Source of the DNA: Ignavibacteriota bacterium
GTDB taxonomy: Bacteria; Bacteroidota; Ignavibacteria; UBA10030
DNA length: 64,000 bases
Direction: 5' to 3'
Assembly (NCBI GenBank): GCA_963727825.1
Contig: CAVSHO010000014.1
Coordinates: 1-64,000 of the forward strand
Shown in pieces: positions 1-9,577 of the stretch; the first letter of the stretch is position 1, and each line of letters starts with the position of its first letter. The notes below the pieces were generated by a model. The model saw only the letters and a list, made by a program, of their open reading frames with translations, ran no database searches and was not told the DNA's origin. A program made the position numbers and the translations under genes.

Positions 1-251
1 TTGCACGCACAAAAGCACAGTTAAAAGGAAATATGATGCTGGGAATGGAAAACATACCCAACAGAATGATACGTTTAGGTAGCTCTGAATTGTATTTTGG
101 AGAATTAATCGCACTTGACACGATTATCAATAAAATTGATGCTGTAACACGGGAAGATGTGCAGCAGTTAGCGGAAGAATTGTTTAATGAAGATCGTTTC
201 GCAACAGTTATCTTCCATCCTAATGGCAAACACGAGACTACGACAAAATAG
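1..251 (+). CDS. M16 family (insulinase-like) peptidase, C-terminal fragment; runs off the window start
   Basis: Frame is open from base 3 (ARTKAQLKGNMMLGMENIPNRMIRLG...IDAVTREDVQQLA), a typical M16 C-terminus. Confidence 0.8.
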   Translation, partial: ARTKAQLKGNMMLGMENIPNRMIRLGSSELYFGELIALDTIINKIDAVTREDVQQLAEELFNEDRFATVIFHPNGKHETTTK

Positions 252-274
252 TATAATCACCAATAAATAACTTT

Positions 275-1507
275 ATGGAATCATCTGATTCACATAACGC
301 AAAAACTGCACTTCTAATTTCTCGAAGAGGGCGAGAAGTACAAGGATCTCCTATTGGAAAACTTGCGGCCATTGCAGATGCCCGCAAGAAGGAGGGAATC
401 CATGTCTACCATTTGAATATCGGTCAGCCGGATTTACCGACACCCTTACCCGTGCTTGAAGTGGTGCATAATATTTCACGTCGGACAATTGAATACGCAC
501 CATCCAACGGTTTACCGGAATCACTAACAGCATGGAAAAAATATTTTAATCATTTCGGAATTTTCTTTGAGGAAAGTGAACTTATTGTTACAACTGGCGG
601 ATCCGAAGCAATTACTTTAGCAATGTGTGCTGTCTGCGACACAGATGATGAGATAATAGTGTTTGAACCAACATATGCAAATTACAATGGTTTTGCAGGT
701 ATCGCGAATGTAAAAATCAGAGCTGTTTCTACATCGATAGAAAATGGCTTCCATCTTCCAGCGGAAGAAGAGATAGAAGCCTTTGTTACTAATAGGACAC
801 GAGGGATCCTTTATTGCAGTCCATCTAATCCTACCGGCACAATTTATAGTCGAGAAGAAATTCAACGGCTAGTCAATGTGGCGACAAAGCATGGATTATT
901 TATTCTCTCCGACGAAACATATCGCGAGTTTGCGTACGAGAAAAAAGCAATAAGCATTGCGGATTTTCCACAGATGCGAGATGGCGCAATTGTGCTTGAA
1001 AGCTGTTCAAAAAAATTCAACGTATGCGGCGTTCGTATCGGTGTGCTTGCAAGTCACAACAAGGAAATTATTTCTACAATATTGAAGTTTTGTCAAGCAC
1101 GGCTTTCAGTGGCAACGATTGAACAATTAGCTATGGTCCCGCTTCTTGAAAATCCGGAGCCGTACACGCAGCCCATCGTTGAAGAATTTAGGAAACGACG
1201 TAACGTAGTATGTGAAGAGTTAAAATCTATTCCTGGTGTTACATTTTACAGACCAGAGGGAGCATTTTATATCACTGTAGGTCTACCTGTTCAAGATTCT
1301 GAACATTTCTGCAAATGGCTTATTGAAGAATATGAAGATGAGCGTGAAACTGTCCTTTTAGCACCAGCACAAGGATTTTATTCCACGAAGGGCAAGGGAA
1401 TGAATGAAGTTCGTTTAGCGTTCATGTTGAAGGTCGATGATCTTAAGCGGTCACTCATAATACTCAAGAAAGCACTCGAAGTATATCAGCATAGAATATT
1501 GCAATAA
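275..1507 (+). CDS. PLP-dependent aminotransferase class I/II (aspartate aminotransferase-like)
   Basis: Motifs NIGQPD, TTGGSEA, SPSNPTG, DETY and SCSKK (PLP lysine). Confidence 0.9.
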   Translation: MESSDSHNAKTALLISRRGREVQGSPIGKLAAIADARKKEGIHVYHLNIGQPDLPTPLPVLEVVHNISRRTIEYAPSNGLPESLTAWKKYFNHFGIFFEESELIVTTGGSEAITLAMCAVCDTDDEIIVFEPTYANYNGFAGIANVKIRAVSTSIENGFHLPAEEEIEAFVTNRTRGILYCSPSNPTGTIYSREEIQRLVNVATKHGLFILSDETYREFAYEKKAISIADFPQMRDGAIVLESCSKKFNVCGVRIGVLASHNKEIISTILKFCQARLSVATIEQLAMVPLLENPEPYTQPIVEEFRKRRNVVCEELKSIPGVTFYRPEGAFYITVGLPVQDSEHFCKWLIEEYEDERETVLLAPAQGFYSTKGKGMNEVRLAFMLKVDDLKRSLIILKKALEVYQHRILQ

Positions 1508-1523
1508 AAAGATATGTAACGTA

Positions 1524-3203
1524 ATGATAAAGATTAAGATTGACGGAAAAGAATTAGAAGTTGATCCGAAACTGACGATCATTCAGGCAGCATTTCAGAA
1601 TGGAATTGAAATTCCGCATTTCTGTTGGCATTCGAAACTCTCCGTCTCTGGTAACTGCAGGATGTGTCTCGTAGAAATTGAGAAAATGTCGAAATTGGCG
1701 ATCGCTTGTGCAACTCAAGTTGCAGAGGGCATGGTAATCAAGACAAAGAGTGCGAAAGTTGTAAAAGCTCGTAATGCTGTCATGGAATTTTTACTGATTA
1801 ATCATCCGTTGGATTGCCCGATTTGCGATGAAGCAGGTGAATGTAAGTTACAGGATTACACATATAACTACAGTGTTGGTTCAAGCCGATTTCAGGAAGA
1901 CAAAATCCATAAACCCAAACGTGTAGAACTTGGTCCGAATGTAATGCTGGATGTTGAGCGATGCATTTTGTGTTCTCGATGTATAAGGTTTTCCGAGGAA
2001 ATTGCTCATCAAAAAGTGCTTGCATTCACTGGGCGTGGTGCGCATATTATTCTTACAACTTTTCCCGGAACTCAATTAGACAATCCCTATTCAATGAATG
2101 TAGTTGATATCTGTCCTGTTGGAGCATTAACAAGCCGTGATTTCCGATTTAAAGCGCGTGTATGGGAAATGTCTTCGACAGAAAGTATTTGTATCGGCTG
2201 TGCTCGAGGATGCAATACGAATGTGTGGATACGCAACAACGAAATCTTACGACTCACTCCAAGAGAGAATGAAGATGTGAATTCTTCTTGGATGTGCGAT
2301 GAAGGCAGAGTGAATTCATTCAAGTTCGTCTCGAGCGAGAATCGTATTAATGGACCACTGATCCGAAAAGACGGTGTGCATGTGGAAGTCGGCTGGGATG
2401 AAGCAATTTCCAAAGTCGTTTCAGAGCTACACACATATCGCAAACATGAAATAGCCGGCATCGGATCTGCCTATTGTACGAATGAAGACAACTATATCTT
2501 CGCTAGATTTTTCAAAGAGGTTATTGGAAATAAGAACCTGGGTTTTTTAAAGCACATAAAACTCGGGAGTGAAGATGACTTGTTGATCCGTGCTGATAAA
2601 ACGCCAAATAGTCTTGGCGCATCCATCGTTGGCTTAGTAGCAGACAATAAAATAGACGGCATTGATCATATCCTTAAAGGAATTTTAAGCGGCACTATCA
2701 AAGTGCTTTACGTACTTGAAGATAATATCGCAGCAGATTCCAAGATAGCTGAAATTCTAACAAATCTTGAAATGTTGATTGTCCACTCGTCAACAAAGAA
2801 TGAAACTACGAAACGAGCTGATGTTGTTCTGTCTGCTTCGACTTTTGCGGAAAAACATGGAACGTATACAAATTTCAATGGGCGCGTTCAACGTGTCCGA
2901 CCTGCAGTTGCAATGATTGAACAAGAGCGTGCGCCCGATGGAATGGCAATGAGCCGTTGGGATAAATTTGCAGCGCGAAATGATTCTTGGGGAAAAGGGA
3001 CCAAACGCGATGCACGTTCGACTTGGAGGATAATTGCAGCAGTCGCTTCTGCAATGGGCGTGAAAATGAAGTATGCTTCTGCAGAAGAAGTATTTAAGGA
3101 GATGGCAGAACGTGTTCCTGCATTCAAAGGGTTATCGTACTCAAAAATTGGAACTCATGGAGCATACCTTAAAAAAGAATTCATCAATATGGGTAAAGTA
3201 TAA
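1524..3203 (+). CDS. nuoG: NADH-quinone oxidoreductase subunit G (short form)
   Basis: Motifs IPHFCWH..GNCRMC, NHPLDCPICDEAGEC, CILCSRC, CPVGAL and CIGCARGC; directly upstream of nuoH. Confidence 0.9.
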   Translation: MIKIKIDGKELEVDPKLTIIQAAFQNGIEIPHFCWHSKLSVSGNCRMCLVEIEKMSKLAIACATQVAEGMVIKTKSAKVVKARNAVMEFLLINHPLDCPICDEAGECKLQDYTYNYSVGSSRFQEDKIHKPKRVELGPNVMLDVERCILCSRCIRFSEEIAHQKVLAFTGRGAHIILTTFPGTQLDNPYSMNVVDICPVGALTSRDFRFKARVWEMSSTESICIGCARGCNTNVWIRNNEILRLTPRENEDVNSSWMCDEGRVNSFKFVSSENRINGPLIRKDGVHVEVGWDEAISKVVSELHTYRKHEIAGIGSAYCTNEDNYIFARFFKEVIGNKNLGFLKHIKLGSEDDLLIRADKTPNSLGASIVGLVADNKIDGIDHILKGILSGTIKVLYVLEDNIAADSKIAEILTNLEMLIVHSSTKNETTKRADVVLSASTFAEKHGTYTNFNGRVQRVRPAVAMIEQERAPDGMAMSRWDKFAARNDSWGKGTKRDARSTWRIIAAVASAMGVKMKYASAEEVFKEMAERVPAFKGLSYSKIGTHGAYLKKEFINMGKV

Positions 3204-3233
3204 AAAGCATATTCGATTTAATAAGAGTATTCA

Positions 3234-4280
3234 ATGGATTTAATCTCAATATTCATTCTTCTTGTAAAAATTGCAGTTATTATGCTTTTTGTTTTGATTT
3301 TCGGTGCCGCAATGGCTGTTCTAGCAGAGCGTCGCATCAGCGCATTTATTCAAGATCGACTCGGTCCTAATCGCGTTGGTCCTGGGGGAATCATTCAACC
3401 GTTCGCCGATGTGGTAAAACTGATGATGAAAGAAGATATTGTCCCTTTGCAGGCAAACCGTTTCATTCACGATCTTGCACCAATCGTTTCGATTAGTGTC
3501 GCCCTCAGCACCTTTGCCATTATTCCATTCGGCAATACAATTGAATTACTCGGACGGCAAATAAAACTTATCATCGCAGATGTAGATATTGGAATATTGT
3601 ATCTTCTTGCTCTTACTTCAATCGGTGTTTATGGTGTTAGTCTTGCGGGGTGGTCATCGAATAATAAGTATTCGCTGTTGGGCGGATTGCGTTCATCAGC
3701 ACAGTTGATCAGTTATGAATTATCAATGGGATTATCGATCATCGGTGTAATAATGATTTGTGGCACACTTCGCCTTGATCAAATTGTTCTCCATCAAACA
3801 GAGTACTTCTGGGGCATTATACCGAAGTGGAATATTTTTCTTCAGCCGCTTGGTTTCATTACGTTTTTAATTGCATCGTTTGCGGAAACAAATCGTCTTC
3901 CATTTGATTTACCTGAAGCAGAACCAGAATTAGTCGGCGGTTATCACACAGAATATACTGGAATGAAGTTCGGTCTTTTTTTTCTTGCCGAATACGCAAA
4001 TGTTATTACATCAAGCGCGGTAACAGTTACATTGTTTTTTGGGGGGTGGCATCTTCCATATATCGAATATTTAGGTTTATCACCATTTGTGACAAGTCTT
4101 CTGCAAATATTAACTTTTCTTTTAAAAGTTATTTTGCTCGTTGTGTTTTTTATCATCGTACGATGGACTATTCCGCGCTTTCGCTATGATCAATTAATGC
4201 GGATTGGATGGAAGGTAATGCTGCCAATTTCAATAGCGAATTTTTTAATCACTGGTTTAATGATATTATTCCTTCAATAG
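3234..4280 (+). CDS. nuoH: NADH-quinone oxidoreductase subunit H
   Basis: ERRISAFIQDRLGPNRVG, FAETNRLPFDLPEAEPELVGGYHTEY, PRFRYDQLM. Confidence 0.97.
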   Translation: MDLISIFILLVKIAVIMLFVLIFGAAMAVLAERRISAFIQDRLGPNRVGPGGIIQPFADVVKLMMKEDIVPLQANRFIHDLAPIVSISVALSTFAIIPFGNTIELLGRQIKLIIADVDIGILYLLALTSIGVYGVSLAGWSSNNKYSLLGGLRSSAQLISYELSMGLSIIGVIMICGTLRLDQIVLHQTEYFWGIIPKWNIFLQPLGFITFLIASFAETNRLPFDLPEAEPELVGGYHTEYTGMKFGLFFLAEYANVITSSAVTVTLFFGGWHLPYIEYLGLSPFVTSLLQILTFLLKVILLVVFFIIVRWTIPRFRYDQLMRIGWKVMLPISIANFLITGLMILFLQ

Positions 4281-4294
4281 TGACGAATGAAAAT

Positions 4295-4795
4295 ATGAGT
4301 TCTTACAGTCAAATAATCCGCAAGAAAGATCTCAACATTTTGCAGAAAACATATATTCCGGAAATTCTTAAAGGACTTGGGATGACGATCAGGCAAATGT
4401 TTAGACCTACGTTTACGTCTCAATTTCCAGAGGAACGTTTTAAACCTGAATCATCATTTCGCGGAAGGCCTGTGCTTGTTGCTGAAAATGGTGTCGAACG
4501 CTGTGTCGCTTGCGGGCTTTGCGCGCGCGTATGTCCTGCACTTGCTATTGAAGTGCAGGCTGCAGAAACAGAACTTGAAAAAGAACGTTATCCGATAAAA
4601 TTTGAAATCAATATGGTACGATGTATTTTCTGCGGATTTTGCGAAGAAGTCTGTCCGGAGGAAGCCATTGTAATGAGCAACGAGTATCTACTGGTATTTT
4701 CGAGCCAAGAAGAAGCTTTATTTGGCAAAGAGAGACTCCTTAAATCAACGGAGGAATTGAAGGAGCGTTTAGAATATTTACAGAATCACAGATAA
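4295..4795 (+). CDS. nuoI: NADH-quinone oxidoreductase subunit I
   Basis: Two CxxCxxCxxxCP motifs (CVACGLCARVCP, CIFCGFCEEVCP). Start placed at ATG 4295 (GTG 4280 is an alternative) to avoid a long overlap with nuoH. Confidence 0.95.
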   Translation: MSSYSQIIRKKDLNILQKTYIPEILKGLGMTIRQMFRPTFTSQFPEERFKPESSFRGRPVLVAENGVERCVACGLCARVCPALAIEVQAAETELEKERYPIKFEINMVRCIFCGFCEEVCPEEAIVMSNEYLLVFSSQEEALFGKERLLKSTEELKERLEYLQNHR

Positions 4796-4872
4796 AAGAT
4801 ACTAAGACTTTATTTAACACATGTTAAATGGCTTGAAACAATTAACTTTCTAACAAGGAACTACCTACTATC

Positions 4873-6414
4873 ATGTTTTCACAAATCTTTAGCGCGGCTA
4901 CATTTGGAGTTGATGCTTATCTGGTGGAAGTTGAAACACATCTTGATCTCGGGTCTCCAAAGTTTTTCATGGTGGGCTTGCCTGATAATGCAGTGAAAGA
5001 AAGTATCCATCGCGTCACAGCTGCAATTAAAAATTCTGATTTTAAATTTCCAAATCGAAAGATGACTATAAATCTTGCGCCTGCCGATGTGAAAAAGGAA
5101 GGATCTTCGTACGATTTACCGGTAGCGCTTGGTATTCTTACTGCGTCAGATCAACTTAAATCTGATGTACTAGATAAATTTGTTGTGTTAGGCGAACTAG
5201 CGCTCGATGGCGCTTTGCGCCCGGTACATGGTGCTCTGGTAATCGCGTTAGAAGCGAGAGCGAAAGGGAAGCACGGTATTTTGCTGCCCGAAGAAAATGC
5301 GAGAGAAGCTGCAATGGTGGAAGGCATAGAAGTCTATCCTATGCGGAATTTACGCGAATCGATTGAATTCTTTGCGGGGGAACATCGCTTGCTCCAGCCA
5401 TTTCGTGTGGACATGCATGAAGTGTTTTCTGAAGATCAACACTACACTGTCGATTTTGCCGATGTAAAAGGACAAGAGAGTGTGAAACGCGCGATGGAAG
5501 TGGCTGCTGCCGGCGGGCATAACATATTGCTCATTGGTCCGCCTGGTTCTGGAAAGACGATGCTTGCAAAACGTTTGCCGACCATTCTCCCACCTATGAC
5601 ATTTGAAGAAGCGTTGGAAACAACCAAGATTCATTCTGTGGCAGGAATTCTGCCGCTAAATTCTGCACTCGTTTCTGTGCGCCCTTTCAGGTCACCGCAT
5701 CATACAATTTCAGATGCAGCTTTAGTAGGTGGCGGTACGATCCCGCGGCCGGGGGAAATATCGCTTTCACATCATGGAGTTTTATTCTTAGATGAATTGC
5801 CGGAATTTGACCGGAGTGTTCTTGAAGTGATGCGACAGCCACTGGAAGACAGTCATGTTACAATTAGCCGTTCTAAAATGTCAATAGACTTTCCAGCAAA
5901 TTTTATGTTAGTTTGCGCAATGAACCCATGCCCTTGCGGCAATTATGGAAATTCCATTGCAGAATGCACTTGTAACCCAGCTCAGATTCAAAAATATATT
6001 GGCAAGATCTCCGGACCACTTTTGGATCGTATTGATATTCATGTGGAAGTACCTGCTGTTAAATACAACGAATTGGCGTCAAAGAGAAATGGAGAGAATT
6101 CGAGTATAATTCGCAAGCGCGTAATTGCTGCACGTGCTATGCAAGCAAATAGATTTAACGGACGAAAAGGGTTATTTAGTAATGCTGATATGGATTCAAA
6201 AGAAATCAAAGAATTTTGCCAAATAGATCAAACGGGTGCGGATTTGTTGAAAATGGCGATGAGCCATCTGGGACTTTCTGCTCGCGCATACGACCGCATT
6301 CTCAAAGTGTCTCGCACAATTGCTGATCTTGATGGAAGTGTTGATATTCATCCGGAACATTTAAGCGAAGCAATACAATACCGAAGTCTGGATAGAAGTT
6401 TCTATGCAATCTAA
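4873..6414 (+). CDS. comM: YifB/ComM family Mg-chelatase-like AAA+ ATPase
   Basis: INLAPAD, GPPGSGKT, PFRSPHH, LFLDELPEF, MNPCPCG, LSARAYDRILKVSRTIADL. Confidence 0.92.
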   Translation: MFSQIFSAATFGVDAYLVEVETHLDLGSPKFFMVGLPDNAVKESIHRVTAAIKNSDFKFPNRKMTINLAPADVKKEGSSYDLPVALGILTASDQLKSDVLDKFVVLGELALDGALRPVHGALVIALEARAKGKHGILLPEENAREAAMVEGIEVYPMRNLRESIEFFAGEHRLLQPFRVDMHEVFSEDQHYTVDFADVKGQESVKRAMEVAAAGGHNILLIGPPGSGKTMLAKRLPTILPPMTFEEALETTKIHSVAGILPLNSALVSVRPFRSPHHTISDAALVGGGTIPRPGEISLSHHGVLFLDELPEFDRSVLEVMRQPLEDSHVTISRSKMSIDFPANFMLVCAMNPCPCGNYGNSIAECTCNPAQIQKYIGKISGPLLDRIDIHVEVPAVKYNELASKRNGENSSIIRKRVIAARAMQANRFNGRKGLFSNADMDSKEIKEFCQIDQTGADLLKMAMSHLGLSARAYDRILKVSRTIADLDGSVDIHPEHLSEAIQYRSLDRSFYAI

Positions 6415-6445
6415 CTAATCATTAACTTATCACAAGGAATGAATT

Positions 6446-6853
6446 ATGAAAAAATCACTTATTGCAGTGTTAGCTGTTTTTATTATCAGCGGATTCGCAT
6501 TGGCACAGCAAAATGGAAAAAAAATCACAATTATTGGCGAAGTCGTTGAATCGCAATGTTACATCACCGGTTTGAATGGGCCAGGCAAAGGGCTTGCGCA
6601 CAAAGAATGTGCACTCATATGCGCCAAAGGAGGAATTCCTTTAAGCATTCTCGAAGATAAAACAGGAACGCTCTATTTAGCCGGACAGACAAAAAAAGCA
6701 CAAAGCGGTGCATATGAATTATTGCTTCCATTTGTCGCAGAGAAAGTCAAAGTTACTGGACGAGTGTTCGAAAAAGGTGGAATGAAAATGCTACTCATTA
6801 GTAAGGTGGACAAGTTAGACGAAGAGAATAAAAAGCAGGAAGATGAGAAGTGA
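6446..6853 (+). CDS. Exported hypothetical protein with a Cys/His cluster
   Basis: Signal peptide (…FALA/QQ), motif CY…HxxCAxxCxxGG, AAGGA ribosome-binding site upstream. Confidence 0.75.
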   Translation: MKKSLIAVLAVFIISGFALAQQNGKKITIIGEVVESQCYITGLNGPGKGLAHKECALICAKGGIPLSILEDKTGTLYLAGQTKKAQSGAYELLLPFVAEKVKVTGRVFEKGGMKMLLISKVDKLDEENKKQEDEK

Positions 6854-6879
6854 GTTTGTTATTAATTTCTCGATTTTTC

Positions 6880-6912
6880 AGGAAAGGCAGCTATATGTCG
6901 CCTTTTCTTTTT
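6880..6912 (+). terminator. Probable intrinsic terminator
   Basis: Stem AGGAAAGGC…GCCTTTTCT followed by a T run, just downstream of the CDS ending at 6853. Confidence 0.6.
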
Positions 6913-7039
6913 AGAATGGATTTGGAAGTGTCGGGAGGAAACTTCGGAATCAATTAAAAATAATTGTATTCACTCGAACAGATATAGAAAAAGGCTTACC
7001 TTTATTTAAAGCTTTTGCAAGAAATAAAGGAGATCAATT

Positions 7040-7759
7040 ATGATTGTGCTAGGCATTGGAGTTGCTGCGTTTATAGCAACTTTTCTCGGAGGATTATTTG
7101 CATTCAGGTTTAAAGACAAACTGCACCTAATTACAGGATTCAGTGCGGGAGCAATCATTGGCGTTGCGTTCTTCGATCTTCTTCCAGAAGCCGTCGAACT
7201 AAAAAATGAAAGCCAAGGCATTTCGCGGGTATCGCTAATGATCGGTATCGGATTTATTGTGTATATGATTCTGGAAAGGATGATAGTTCTGCACTCTTAC
7301 CACGAGAGTGGTTGCGAAAATACCCGGCACCGAGGCATTCTCGGAGCTGGCAGTCTCTCTTTGCACAGCTTCATGGATGGAGTGATTATTGGCCTCGCAT
7401 TTCAAATATCCAATTCTGTAGGAACCATCGTAACGGTTGCAGTCCTCACGCACGATTTTTCCGACGGTATCAATACGGTAACAATGATCATACGAAGCAG
7501 TGGAGAACGCAGACAAGCGCTGCGGTGGCTTATTGCAGATGCGCTTGCTCCGGTTCTCGGTGTTTGCAGTACGTTCTTCTATTCAATTCCAAAGGGAGCA
7601 TTAGGCATCGTTCTTAGTATTTTCTGCGGATGTTTTATTTATATTGGCGCGAGTGACCTTCTTCCGGAAAGTCATCATGCCCATCCCAAAACACTTACAA
7701 CATTCATGACACTTCTTGGAATGGCGGTGCTCTATACTGTTATACAAATCGCAGGGTGA
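7040..7759 (+). CDS. ZIP (ZupT-like) divalent metal transporter
   Basis: Hydrophobic protein with SLHSFMDG and LTHDFSDG TM4/TM5 signatures and DLLPESHH. Confidence 0.9.
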   Translation: MIVLGIGVAAFIATFLGGLFAFRFKDKLHLITGFSAGAIIGVAFFDLLPEAVELKNESQGISRVSLMIGIGFIVYMILERMIVLHSYHESGCENTRHRGILGAGSLSLHSFMDGVIIGLAFQISNSVGTIVTVAVLTHDFSDGINTVTMIIRSSGERRQALRWLIADALAPVLGVCSTFFYSIPKGALGIVLSIFCGCFIYIGASDLLPESHHAHPKTLTTFMTLLGMAVLYTVIQIAG

Positions 7760-7768
7760 AGAGAATAT

Positions 7769-9475
7769 TTACCGAATAACTGCAACCTTCCATCGATAAT
7801 CAGAATTATCGATGCGTGCTATAACGAAATAAATTCCCGAAGAAAGGCAAGACCGTAAATCTGTGGAAGGGACAAAGATAAAATTTTCGCCGGAATATTC
7901 AGAAACGGAATAATTCCCTGAGAATGCCAGCGACATGGAACTTCTATAAAAACAAACATGCGCCAGAGAGTTTGATGCGCTGTTCACTGGCAATTGGAGC
8001 CGCACGGCTTTTGAGAGCAAAAACGGATTGGGCGACGCATTTGAAATGGTTTTTGGAATATCCGTTTTAGTGGACGCCAACAAGTATCGTTCTGTCCATT
8101 TCGTTTGATCTGAAACACCAAACCCCATTTTCAATCCATTGGCTAATTCTTGAGTTGGCATATTTGTGATTGATGTTCCAAAATCCAATTGCAACGAATA
8201 AATTGTATCGTCATATTGAAGCGCAGTTGGGATATCAACATTTGTGACGATTGTAGCAAGTGTATCTGAGCTTAAATTGAATTCATAGAAACTTGTCGAG
8301 AGAGTGTGGGCTTGGCCAGATAGTGATGTTGTAGTTCCCATATAAGTTGTTGCTGAGTTTGGTGTAAACCGTGGATAGTTTTTCCCTTCTGGATAATACA
8401 GAATGGTATCGGCACGATCGGCAGTAAAATAATTCCAATACGAAAAAAGAGAATATTCCGTATTCATATCATATCCATTTGCTGCCAGAGCATCGTTGAT
8501 AGCTAGCATAACGTCTTCCTTAATTTCGAACTCCCAAATTTTCCGCAACATATCGCGGCCTAGATGCTTTGCTATGAATTGTCCCCAAATGCCTCTCTCC
8601 GATCCATACGAGGTATTATCAAAAAATGGAAGCGAAAAACCGTTTGCGTCTCGAAATCCGGTAAAATAATCAGCCACATCGTAGAAGTAGTCATGAACAG
8701 AAGGAAACGTTACACCTTCCATCCAACCAGCACTAAGTTCGAAAAAGAATTCATCCTGGTCAGCCCATAACCCGTATCCTCCCAGATGAATTGCATGTTG
8801 AAATTCATGTGCGGCAGTCGCACGTAGTGCATCTATTCCTTTCGTACGAAATTCAAGGAAATCATTGTCAACAATAGTATATGTCCAATAGCGCGGTGCA
8901 GTATTCGGAGGCGAAGTAACTCTTGTCGTATCATCCCAAAATGTCTCGCCGAATGTATCCGGTCCGATATTTTCAATATAAATGTCATATTCTGCATTTC
9001 CGCTTAGTCCAATGTGCGGAGCGGGAGGATTATATCCAAGAGAATCAATTTGAAATGTCCAACAAAAATCAAATATCGCTCCGACCGAATCAACGTATGC
9101 CTCGTATGTATAGGGCAACGATTGAGTTTGATCGACATTCAAAAGTGCAGGAGTATCGCCTCCTGTTGTATCATAATGAATTCTAAATCTACCGGAAGGG
9201 CTGAGCCGACTCTTTTGAGTCTCAGTTGCTTGCAGCGTTTGTGAAATCAAAGCTCTGGATTGGATAGAAATCTTATTCCGGCGTGAATGATAAAGAGCTA
9301 CCAGGGGTGTGCCGCTTTTGATTGTCCTGACTCCGGTTGTCAAGACTTGATCTGGATTCAGAATTGACAAAATTGTTTGAACAGATTGTTTCCTGTTTGT
9401 ATTTTCCTGTGCACCTGCATTTGGCCGATACAGCAATAGGATTACAATAATTGATATATGCCTGACTGCCTTCAT
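7769..9475 (-). CDS. Secreted zinc metalloprotease (MXAN_6640-like) with T9SS-type C-terminal domain
   Basis: Signal peptide from ATG 9475; FRIHY; TAAHEFQHAIH (HExxH) with downstream E; C-terminal PNPF…SGIYFV…KVAVIR. Confidence 0.8.
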   Translation of the reverse strand: MKAVRHISIIVILLLYRPNAGAQENTNRKQSVQTILSILNPDQVLTTGVRTIKSGTPLVALYHSRRNKISIQSRALISQTLQATETQKSRLSPSGRFRIHYDTTGGDTPALLNVDQTQSLPYTYEAYVDSVGAIFDFCWTFQIDSLGYNPPAPHIGLSGNAEYDIYIENIGPDTFGETFWDDTTRVTSPPNTAPRYWTYTIVDNDFLEFRTKGIDALRATAAHEFQHAIHLGGYGLWADQDEFFFELSAGWMEGVTFPSVHDYFYDVADYFTGFRDANGFSLPFFDNTSYGSERGIWGQFIAKHLGRDMLRKIWEFEIKEDVMLAINDALAANGYDMNTEYSLFSYWNYFTADRADTILYYPEGKNYPRFTPNSATTYMGTTTSLSGQAHTLSTSFYEFNLSSDTLATIVTNVDIPTALQYDDTIYSLQLDFGTSITNMPTQELANGLKMGFGVSDQTKWTERYLLASTKTDIPKTISNASPNPFLLSKAVRLQLPVNSASNSLAHVCFYRSSMSLAFSGNYSVSEYSGENFIFVPSTDLRSCLSSGIYFVIARIDNSDYRWKVAVIR

Positions 9476-9529
9476 TATGCCCTGCAAGATAACAAGATTT
9501 ATTGTCACTACCCACTTGAATGTTTTAAA

Positions 9530-9562
9530 TGAGGGGCGTGAACATATAATCACTCCTCTTCA
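9530..9562 (-). terminator. Hairpin after TonB-dependent receptor copy 1, homologous to 13483-13516
   Basis: Imperfect stem TGAGGGGCGTGA…TCACTCCTCTTCA with the same flanks as the hairpin after the paralog. Confidence 0.5.
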
Positions 9563-9577
9563 ATTCTTAAAATGTTT

